From: Sulfolobus acidocaldarius DSM 639
GTDB taxonomy: Archaea > Thermoproteota > Thermoprotei_A > Sulfolobales > Sulfolobaceae
Direction of reading: 5' to 3'
DNA length: 32,000 bases
NCBI RefSeq assembly: GCF_000012285.1
Contig: NC_007181.1
Span: 1,650,001 to 1,682,000 of the forward strand
The translations under genes were made by a program, and so were the position numbers. Shown piece after piece: positions 19,823-28,819 of this stretch. Numbering within the stretch: the stretch's first letter is position 1; each line of letters begins with the position of its first letter. A model generated the notes under the pieces. It saw nothing but the letters and a program-made list of their open reading frames with translations. It had not been told where the DNA came from and did not search any database.

Positions 19823-20740
19823 TTATTGCTTAGGTTTGTATACGAATGGCTCAAAATCAATACCCTCTGCAATAAAGTTCTTAGTCTTCATCCCCATGGA
19901 GTAAATTTGTCCCCTCACACTCCTTTTCCCCTTGTGTAAGGTCTCATATAAGTGCTTCGTCAAGTGCCCTAACGACTCTTTAGACAGGTAACCTGAGTTG
20001 TCTAGTTTAAGCTTCACCTTTCTACTGACAGCAATCACTGAGTGTATTGCAACAGGCTTAAACATCTCAGAGAAATCATAGGTTAACGCTGTCCTTCCTG
20101 GGTACTCCACATGCATCAACCCTCCATAGGGATCGAGACCAGAGGCTATCAGGGAGTGAGTACATAGGGCGTAAATCACCGAGTACGCATAGTCCACTGC
20201 CCTGTTTATCTCATCCTCATTTCTAGGCTTCCTCCCGGTAAAAGAGGGAGGTAAGAATTTCCTCAGTTGCTCCCAGCACGCCTTACTCATCTCAGCCTCT
20301 ACTGACCTCAGCTCATCTATCGATTTCGTATTGTCGATCTGTTTCAACTCAAGGTCAATCTCCACTGGGACTTTCGTAAGGTACATAAAGTACTTTGCCA
20401 CGTTTATCATTCCTAATATTTTACCCTTTATGAACTTCCTGGCTAAATATAATTTCATATCATCACTTAGAGTATAAAACTTCCTCCTCACGTTCACTAA
20501 AGAGTTCAAGAACGGCGACACTAGGACCACATCGTTTCTCTTTCCGTGGACGAGAACTGGTATATTTAGACTGGAAAGGAACAAGATCACCTCTGATGTT
20601 AGCCTAACATTATTACCGACAATGACCACTAACTCTAGGTCCAGACTAGACACAGTTAAGTTCTTTCCAACGGACCATGTCATCTGAAGATCTGAGCCTT
20701 TCCTCATAATTGTAGCGTTTTTAATCACTAGAATGGACAT
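19823..20740 (-). CDS. cas1: Cas1 integrase
   Basis: 305 aa. The conserved C-terminal catalytic region is present: NRAVDYAYSVIY ... GLDPYGGLMH ... LTYDFSEMFKP (the Cas1 E/H/D motif region). Confidence 0.95.
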   Translation of the reverse strand: MSILVIKNATIMRKGSDLQMTWSVGKNLTVSSLDLELVVIVGNNVRLTSEVILFLSSLNIPVLVHGKRNDVVLVSPFLNSLVNVRRKFYTLSDDMKLYLARKFIKGKILGMINVAKYFMYLTKVPVEIDLELKQIDNTKSIDELRSVEAEMSKACWEQLRKFLPPSFTGRKPRNEDEINRAVDYAYSVIYALCTHSLIASGLDPYGGLMHVEYPGRTALTYDFSEMFKPVAIHSVIAVSRKVKLKLDNSGYLSKESLGHLTKHLYETLHKGKRSVRGQIYSMGMKTKNFIAEGIDFEPFVYKPKQ

Positions 20741-20760
20741 AATAGAAATTTTTCTCTCAA

Positions 20761-20770
20761 AAATAATAAA
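20761..20770 (-). promoter_or_regulatory. TATA box of cas1
   Basis: TTTATTATTT on the minus strand is centred about 25 nt upstream of the cas1 ATG (20740). It lies only about 26 bp from the outer boundary of leader 2. Confidence 0.5.
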
Positions 20771-20795
20771 CTTTTATCATAATTAATAAATTTTG

Positions 20796-20961
20796 GGTAT
20801 TATGTTATTTCCTTCCGTATCCTTACGTAAAATGGTTTTAGGGTTACCCTGTGTAGCCTAAAACTCCCTTCCGCACCCCAGGGAACAAAATTGACAATGA
20901 AGGAGAGAAAATATTTATAAACCAGGAAATAAGAATGTAAAATTGATGAAGCCAACGATCA
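20796..20961 (+). promoter_or_regulatory. CRISPR leader 2 with TATA box (TTTATAAA, 20914-20921)
   Basis: Inverted copy of 8595-8760 with 7 differences in 166 nt. It directly abuts the first repeat of array 2, and the TATA box ends 41 nt before the first repeat. Confidence 0.85.
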
Positions 20962-23900
20962 GTAATAACGACAAGAAACTAAAACATCTTCTCTGTCCTC
21001 TACTACTTTCTGCTCTTCTTTGTAATAACGACAAGAAACTAAAACTGAAAAGTTCATAAAAAAGTACCCTAACGTAGAACAGTAATAACGACAAGAAACT
21101 AAAACAATTTTATGATATCGCTTTTGTTCAAGGAAACATGTAATAACGACAAGAAACTAAAACAATTCTAAGTGCACAAGAAGGACTAGAAGAGGCAGGC
21201 CTGTAATAACGACAAGAAACTAAAACTAATGCCCAGTAACATAGATGCCTCCTTGATTATGTAATAACGACAAGAAACTAAAACAATTTGGATTGACGTC
21301 ACCTCAAGATCTATTACCTGTAATAACGACAAGAAACTAAAACATATTTAAGCCTTACTCTTTACATTAAAAGTAACAAGTAATAACGACAAGAAACTAA
21401 AACTCGACGTTAGTCTTAGATTTTTATCATTTTTAGGTGTAATAACGACAAGAAACTAAAACTTGTGCTCTTTAATGTCAAACAGTGTGATCTATTGTAA
21501 TAACGACAAGAAACTAAAACACAGTGCATGAAGTAGCATCATATGTCGTAAGTGAGTAATAACGACAAGAAACTAAAACTCTCTGGGTTAAGTGCAAAGA
21601 GCACTGGGATTACAAGTAATAACGACAAGAAACTAAAACCAACAAGGCTGAGAAGATAGCAAAGAAGCTAGTAGTAATAACGACAAGAAACTAAAACTAC
21701 AATAATTTCAGATTTCCAGTAAATGATACAAATTCGTAATAACGACAAGAAACTAAAACTTGTCATTAAACTGACAACTTTGTCTCTGACCCAAAGTAAT
21801 AACGACAAGAAACTAAAACAGTAGCGGTATACAAAAATGTATTTGTTGTGATAGTAATAACGACAAGAAACTAAAACTGGCTCACAGGCATTAATACCTG
21901 CAAAGCCTAGGGTAATAACGACAAGAAACTAAAACAAAAGTTTGCCAATTTAGGTGCTGTGCAGGAAGCATTTAGTAATAACGACAAGAAACTAAAACGA
22001 ATAATTGTAGATCAGCCATCAACTTCCACACGGTAATAACGACAAGAAACTAAAACAGAAAATGAGTAGTGAGATAAAGACAAAAAATAAGTGTAATAAC
22101 GACAAGAAACTAAAACAATTTCTATATAATCCAAGAGACACAGAGAGGTTTCTACGTAATAACGACAAGAAACTAAAACTACATTACTTTTAGAAATATA
22201 GTATGAGCGTAACATAGTAATAACGACAAGAAACTAAAACCAGTACACAAAGTGGATAGGAAAAGTCAACAATGTAATAACGACAAGAAACTAAAACATC
22301 GTATATTATATTGGGGCAGAAAAAATGAATGATGTAATAACGACAAGAAACTAAAACCAGGTTCAATTTCAGTAAATAATGGCATTACAATGTAATAACG
22401 ACAAGAAACTAAAACAACATCAGACTTTTGCACTTTTATTAGAAGGCTTTGGAGTAATAACGACAAGAAACTAAAACGATACATTGCATATATTGGCAAT
22501 CAGCAATACAAGTAATAACGACAAGAAACTAAAACACTATATATTGTTTGGAGCTTATCATAAACTTCATCGTAATAACGACAAGAAACTAAAACCTGAA
22601 TAGAGAGATGATAGAAGAAACGGTAAGTAGTAATAACGACAAGAAACTAAAACTCAGCCTCTAATTCTGCTGCAACTTCCATCAATTTCCTTGTAATAAC
22701 GACAAGAAACTAAAACATTAATTCCAAAGGACATTGAGAAGAAATTTGGCTTAAAGTAATAACGACAAGAAACTAAAACATATGAGCAACAGCAACTCAA
22801 ATCTTTATATGAAGTCGTAATAACGACAAGAAACTAAAACCACCAAAGAGTTTTTGTCCAAAGCCTTTTATGGAGTAATAACGACAAGAAACTAAAACCA
22901 GTCTCAATGTCTTTATGAGACAATTCTATATCCAAGTAATAACGACAAGAAACTAAAACGCACTTCTACTTGCTTAACGCTATAGCAAGCAAGAAGTAAT
23001 AACGACAAGAAACTAAAACGTTCATCAACCTCATGCTGAGTAAGACTATTAGTATGTGTAATAACGACAAGAAACTAAAACCTCGTATTCGTAAAAGCCC
23101 TCGTGGGTGGTGACGATGTAATAACGACAAGAAACTAAAAACTTTACAACTAATTTTTTCAGGAAAACAAATTGAAGTAATAACGACAAGAAACTAAAAC
23201 TATGTCTTAGATAGTTGAAAAAGCTAAAGCTTTTGTAATAACGACAAGAAACTAAAACGAATGTGTCCCCCTAGAGGTTTTCACCAAACAACCAGTAATA
23301 ACGACAAGAAACTAAAACAAAAAACCTTTAACCTCTATCGAATGCTGTCAAAAAGTAATAACGACAAGAAACTAAAACAACGTTACGACCACTACTACTC
23401 AGAAGAAGATAGTGTAATAACGACAAGAAACTAAAACGAGGGATGAAGGCAAATCAGTATCAGCAATAGTAGAGGTAATAACGACAAGAAACTAAAACGA
23501 AGTAGAACAGCTGTTTTTCAGGATTGAAATTATGTAATAACGACAAGAAACTAAAACAAGAGAATACTTTCTCGCCTCAGCAAGAATCGTATCAATGTAA
23601 TAACGACAAGAAACTAAAACGTATGTGGGAGAGCTTTATGAGTGGTAAGACACACGTAATAACGACAAGAAACTAAAACATGCAGGTACTATACTGAGCC
23701 TGATGAACAGCAGTAATAACGACAAGAAACTAAAACAAATTTAAGGAAAATGGAGTGTATGTATATAAATGTAATAACGACAAGAAACTAAAACCTCAAT
23801 TATTTTCAATGCTTTTTCTTTTTCGTTGTGTAATAACGACAAGAAACTAAAACACATCAGCACTTATGGATACTACGCCATGCTCATCTGTAATAACGAC

Positions 23901-25586
23901 AAGAAACTAAAACACTATTACTTTTGAAAATATGTAGATAAGACTGGTGTAATAACGACAAGAAACTAAAACTTACAGTTGTTCCGTTAGGAAGTATATA
24001 GTTACTGTAATAACGACAAGAAACTAAAACAAAATAATCATAAAACCCGAGCATTACGAAGAATTGAGTAATAATGACAAGAAACTAAAACTGTAAAGGA
24101 CTTCTTAAAAAGGTTAGAGGGGTTTCTCGTAATAATGACAAGAAACTAAAACGTAATTATTCTGATGGGTGCTATAATCTCGATGGCGTAATAACGACAA
24201 GAAACTAAAACAGCGATTAGTTTAGTCGAATTAGCTATTGCGACTTGTAATAACGACGAGAAACTAAAACATGGGATCCTGATAATTCGGCATCAGCACA
24301 ATTCGTAATAACGACAAGAAACTAAAACCTCTTCATTTGTCTCGTGAAATATAGGGTTTTTCAGTAATAACGACGAGAAACTAAAACATAGGGTAGTTCA
24401 CAAAGAGCCAGCCCTCGTCAACGTAATAACGACAAGAAACTAAAACCTTTACGTAGTAGTTATAGAGCTTCGTTACGTGCTGTAATAACGACAAGAAACT
24501 AAAACCTTGAACCATTGAACCTGCGATTGCAGGGATTAAGTATGTAATAACGACAAGAAACTAAAACGCTGACTGGGGGTGAGCCAGAAATGAAGACTGG
24601 AAGGTAATAACGACAAGAAACTAAAACTAAAATTAGTCTGCTGGCCAATTAAGAACAAACTCTGTAATAACGACAAGAAACTAAAACGTGCAACAGGGTG
24701 AAACATAGATGAGCACATTTTTGTAATAACGACAAGAAACTAAAACATTATGCTCATTATCTCTGATTTCGACCTTAAAGCGTAATAACGACAAGAAACT
24801 AAAACCTACATTGTCCTGAAGTCCTAACTTCTTTAATTCCTTGTAATAACGACAAGAAACTAAAACTTTTTATTTTCAGTAGCTATCACCATAGTAGCCC
24901 TAAAAGTAATAACGACAAGAAACTAAAACTACTCCCCAGGCTTACCCAGCAAGAAGAGGAAGCCTTGTAATAACGACAAGAAACTAAAACTAGGAGGAAA
25001 ATATAGGAATATAAAGATAGTACTAGTAATAACGACAAGAAACTAAAACTAGGAGGAAAATATAGGAATATAAAGATAGTACTAGTAATAACGACAAGAA
25101 ACTAAAACTAGGAGGAAAATATAGGAATATAAAGATAGTACTAGTAATAACGACAAGAAACTAAAACTAGGAGGAAAATATAGGAATATAAAGATAGTAC
25201 TAGTAATAACGACAAGAAACTAAAACTAGGAGGAAAATATAGGAATATAAAGATAGTACTAGTAATAACGACAAGAAACTAAAACCATTTTAGCTCAAGC
25301 ATCACCAGCATCAATTGAAAGGTAATAACGACAAGAAACTAAAACACCGTTCCGTAGATATTATTACTGTAACTCCCTCCCGTAATAACGACAAGAAACT
25401 AAAACACTGGGCTCCCCGTGATCACTCCAGGTCCTTATGTTGGTAATAACGACAAGAAACTAAAACGACGCTAAAAAGCAAGAACAACAATCACAACAAT
25501 CGGTAATAACGACAAGAAACTAAAACTTTCTTAGTGAATCCCATGTACGTATATCTAATTTAGTAATAACGACAAGAAACTAAAAC
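20962..25586 (+). CRISPR. CRISPR array 2: 78 repeats, 77 spacers
   Basis: I counted 78 copies of GTAATAACGACAAGAAACTAAAAC (first 20962-20985, last 25563-25586), with spacers of 33-39 nt. Variant repeats start at 23118 (extra A, or C24A), 24068 and 24129 (C8T), and 24247 and 24364 (A12G). Confidence 0.99.
24967..25261 (+). repeat. Five tandem identical repeat-spacer units (59 nt x 5)
   Basis: The spacer TAGGAGGAAAATATAGGAATATAAAGATAGTACTA occurs five times in a row: 24991-25025, 25050-25084, 25109-25143, 25168-25202 and 25227-25261. Confidence 0.98.
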
Positions 25587-25627
25587 ACTGTAACTATTTA
25601 AAATAGAATGATGAGAGAATGACAAAG

Positions 25628-25978
25628 CCTTGCCGTTTATGGCGAGGTAAAGGTTTCTACTTACGAGAGAAAAGTTGTTATTAAGAGGAAGCCCGTAAGA
25701 GCATGGGTCAGTCAGTGTGTGTCCCTCTTTCCTGGTACATATCCCTGAGTCTCGAGGAGCGTGGAGTTAGGGCAACTCCACCAAAGGGATAGGGGTTGAG
25801 TGGCTGAAGGCTCAGCCAGTGGTCTACCACTGAAAGAGTGGAGCGGAGCGGGCTTCTGAGCCCACTAGCTATGAAGTGATAAAAGTGAAGGTGATAAACT
25901 ACAGACCTGTGAACTGCCCTAGGTAACCCTCACTCTTTAGAGCGAGGAGGAAGTCAGTATCACACCAGATGCTGTGAT
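25628..25978. ncRNA. Candidate structured RNA or structured DNA element (unclassified); a G+C-rich hairpin cluster
   Basis: Seven local hairpins fall within about 350 nt: 25628-25647, 25741-25790 (enclosing the perfect 8-bp stem 25761-25781), 25802-25817, 25818-25831, 25850-25863, 25928-25947 and 25959-25978. 36 of 60 nt are G/C in 25801-25860, against 18 of 60 in 26221-26280. All plus-strand frames I translated hit early stops, the longest open stretch I found is about 78 codons on the minus strand, and the ORF track lists nothing here. Strand and class are undetermined. Confidence 0.3.
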
Positions 25979-26837
25979 GTCTGTTGCAACCTTAATTGCA
26001 ATTGTATCCGACGAGACTGTCATGGGAATCATTCAAACTTAGAATACATAGATCCTCAATTCATCCTCTCCAATCATATGTCTAGATTTTAGCCCAATCT
26101 CTCATTGAAGAGTTTAAAAGGGCTAAGAGGAGAAGTAGAGAAGTATCCACGAAACCTACTTGTCTGGGCTACTAAAATACAACACAAATATATTAGAGGA
26201 GAGTAGAAACGCCACGGAGATTACTAAGAAGCTGGGTGATAAATTGTTAACTAAATGCATGTTTAAAGGCAAAAAAGAGAGTGCAGAAAAAAATCAAAAG
26301 AAATAGTTAACTTCCTGGTTAATCATAAGGAAGTATTTTCATTTAAAACTAACTGTCAAAGAAAAGTTGTAACCATTAGGACTTAACGTTATTGACCCGG
26401 AAGAGAAACAACAAAATCTAGGATTTAGTGTTATCAGTTTATCATGGAGCGAGCATAACATTCCGAGCATAACATTTTAAATAAACTTTACCCATAAGAT
26501 TGTAGAAATCTCGTGGGTAAAGCATTTGTTAGAATATGCACTCCACCCTTAGGATTGCCTTAAGAAAGAAAATAATAAGTTCACATAAGCCGACTAGAAC
26601 TTGAATAGGACATGGCTTATGAACAGGTCTTCTGTCAAGTGTCAGTGTGCTCATTACATGTGTTAATTTACAACTTCCCCTAACGCCAAGTATAGTCAAG
26701 ATATTACAAATCCTAAGAATCATGGAAACCACATGACTATTCTCTAGCTAGAGGACAGTAGAATAGAGCTTCCCCGTTCATAACTCTTAACTTAACGTTT
26801 ACGTTAAATTTTTAGACCTAGATGCGTATACATAATT

Positions 26838-27062
26838 ATGTCAGACGTAATTAGTGTAAGAGTAAGAAAAGAATTGAAGAGGAGGGCTGAGGAGTTGGGA
26901 ATTAACCTGAGGGAAGTTGTGGAGAGGGCACTTGAGGAGGCTATAAGGAAAAAAGAGATGGAGAGGGTTAGGACTATAGCTAAAAAGATCCAGGAAAATA
27001 TGCAGGGTATAAGTGAGGAGGAGTGGGCTCAATTAGTCAGGGAGAGTAGGGATGAGAGGTAA
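26838..27062 (+). CDS. vapB: VapB-type antitoxin (ribbon-helix-helix-like)
   Basis: 74 aa. The N-terminus ISVRVRKELKRRAEELGINLREVVERALEE looks like an RHH DNA-binding fold. It overlaps the downstream PIN gene by 11 nt. Confidence 0.75.
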   Translation: MSDVISVRVRKELKRRAEELGINLREVVERALEEAIRKKEMERVRTIAKKIQENMQGISEEEWAQLVRESRDER

Positions 27063-27447
27063 ATTCCTTTTTGACGCTTCAGCAATATACCCCTTAATCA
27101 AATTCGTTGATAAGGTGGACCTAAAGAACATTTACATACTACATTTAACTTTATATGAGGTAGGGAATGCAATATGGAAAGATGCTTTTCTACACGGGAG
27201 GATTAAGAACGCTAAAGAAGTAGCCCTCCTCTTCCAACAGTTAATGGGAGAGTTTAACATCATCGACGACCCTCCTCTGGACGAGGTCATAGGAATAGCT
27301 ATAAGTAAGGGCATTACATATTACGATGCTTCTTATGTCTACGTCTCTGCTAAGGAGAAATTGATATTAGTGAGCAACGACAAAGAGCTCATCTCTAAAG
27401 GTAATACTATATCCTTTAACGAGTTTATGGAAAAATATCTCGCCTAA
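27052..27447 (+). CDS. vapC: VapC PIN-domain toxin
   Basis: 131 aa. The acidic PIN quartet is at the expected spacing: D8 (FLFDAS), E36 (LYEVGN), D92 (YYDASY), D110 (SNDKEL). Confidence 0.85.
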   Translation: MRGKFLFDASAIYPLIKFVDKVDLKNIYILHLTLYEVGNAIWKDAFLHGRIKNAKEVALLFQQLMGEFNIIDDPPLDEVIGIAISKGITYYDASYVYVSAKEKLILVSNDKELISKGNTISFNEFMEKYLA

Positions 27448-27456
27448 ACGACTAAG

Positions 27457-27480
27457 GTAATAACGACAAGAGAAAAATAC
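27457..27480 (+). repeat. Orphan degenerate CRISPR repeat
   Basis: GTAATAACGACAAGAGAAAAATAC matches the array repeat at 20/24 positions (the first 15 nt are identical) and has the same orientation as array 2. It lies 1870 nt after the last canonical repeat and 9 nt after the vapC stop. Confidence 0.85.
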
Positions 27481-27928
27481 GCATAATATTTTGTACAGAA
27501 TGAGCAAGACCTAATTGCCACGGTTAGATATAGTAGTCAACAATGTTAAATACTCCTACTGACTTTCTCCCAGAGGGCGAGGCTTGTCGCTCCTTTATGT
27601 CATGTTCTCTACCAAGGCTCATACACCTAGAGTCCTCTCCTCTTTTAATAAACCTATGTGCTCTTGAGGGATAATCGTCTAGTTAAGAAGGTGTGTGGTT
27701 GAGAGTGCTACGACGAGGCTAGAGATTTTGTCATGCCTAGGAGAGACAGTCCCTGTGACTAATGTGGACTAGGAGATACAGCCTCTTTCGTTTTTATTTT
27801 TCAGGGATTTTAGCTTAAACCAACGAGATCCAACATGTCTTGTGTGTCATTTGGGTTAATCGAGTATGATACATGAGAGGTTAGGTTGTCTGACTCGGCT
27901 GGTTTGACCATTTGAGTACATAAACTTT

Positions 27929-28819
27929 CTAAAAATTCCTCTTTAACCTCATGAGGCTTGACTCCCCTAACTTTTCCTTCAGCTCCTTTAACTCACTCTC
28001 CTCATAGACCGTTCCTCCCTTCTCCACGTACTTGAGTACTTCCAAGCAGAACCTGGAGGCGTGTTCCAACATCTCTACGTCTTGAACTCCAGTTACGTAA
28101 CCGGGGACAACTTGCTTTGAAACAGTAGCTATCCCTATGAGGGGAGAGTTAGAGTACAACCAAGGTGAGACCAAGGTGCTTATGTGGTAGACGTTATACT
28201 CCATTGGGGTGAGGTCACCAGTGGTCAAGGGTACAAAATAAACCTCATGTCCAGTGACCCTGTTATAGATGTCCACTAACTCGTCCTTCACCTTAAGGAT
28301 GTACCCGTCCTTTATAACGTGGGTTATAGCGAAGTCGTCATACTTGGCTATCCTATTCCCCTTTGTCGAGTCTATTGACAGTATTAAGTTAGCCTCCCTG
28401 TCTACCTCTTCTCTTAAAGCTTCGTCAAGACCAATAAGAGGGACCATGAAGTTAAACGGTCTGTGGGGTATGAGCTTAGCGTCTAAGGAGATGTTTGTCA
28501 CGAAAGAGACGTCAACGTTCAGCTCTACCCCCTTCTCCCTTAAATTCAGCAACTCAAAAAGGACAGTTAGGCTAACTATTGCGCCATCAGCATCAGACAC
28601 TAAGCCCTTCTCCTGTCTCACCTGTATTGCCCCTAACCTGCCCAAGACCTCTACTCTGTCCTTACCTCTACCACGATATAAGCACTTAATGTAGGTGACC
28701 TCTCCCAACTGCTTCTCCTCATATTCATCCACTTTTCCCTTTAACCTCTCCCTGACCTTGTCAACGGGGTCTTTGGACTCTAAGAGGTCAATGACTTCCA
28801 TTAAGGTCTTCGACATCAT
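27929..28819 (-). CDS. Hypothetical protein, translationally coupled to the upstream FAD oxidase gene
   Basis: 296-aa ORF with protein-like composition. It overlaps the upstream gene (28816-30063) by 4 nt. I recognise no family. Confidence 0.75.
   Translation of the reverse strand: MMSKTLMEVIDLLESKDPVDKVRERLKGKVDEYEEKQLGEVTYIKCLYRGRGKDRVEVLGRLGAIQVRQEKGLVSDADGAIVSLTVLFELLNLREKGVELNVDVSFVTNISLDAKLIPHRPFNFMVPLIGLDEALREEVDREANLILSIDSTKGNRIAKYDDFAITHVIKDGYILKVKDELVDIYNRVTGHEVYFVPLTTGDLTPMEYNVYHISTLVSPWLYSNSPLIGIATVSKQVVPGYVTGVQDVEMLEHASRFCLEVLKYVEKGGTVYEESELKELKEKLGESSLMRLKRNF

Noticed and set aside
22180-23948. Possible related spacer pair in array 2 (22180-22216 and 23914-23948 share ATTACTTTT..AAATAT, 15 of 17 core positions)
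   Set aside because: The similarity is limited to an AT-rich core and breaks down afterwards. With about 210 spacers compared at all offsets, I estimate roughly 0.2 or more such matches by chance, so this is not secure evidence of variants of one protospacer.
22012-24718. Minus-strand ORFs inside array 2 (22012-22215, 22266-22499, 24536-24718)
   Set aside because: This is the same repeat-translation artefact, with VLVSCRYY and FSFLSLL motifs.
25628-25978. Assignment of the G+C-rich element to RNase P RNA, SRP RNA, tRNA or a C/D-box sRNA
   Set aside because: CR-I-like strings (AGAGGAAGCCCG, GAGGAGGAAGTC) are present. However, I could not build P4 pairing or find CR-V (ACAGAA...GGCUUA). There is no helix-8-type GGAA/AGCA SRP motif and no T-arm GTTCRA. 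The ATGATGA at 25608 has no D or D' box (CTGA) at the required spacing. The element is therefore left unclassified.
26160-26306. 48-codon TTG-start ORF with an HTH-like stretch (NATEITKKLGDKLL), possibly the relic of a small DNA-binding protein gene
   Set aside because: It is too short, has no ATG, and the upstream pieces lie in other frames. I cannot distinguish it from chance without a database search.
26529-26732. 67-aa minus-strand ORF
   Set aside because: It has a Cys/Leu-rich odd composition, no recognisable promoter and no context. It is probably spurious.
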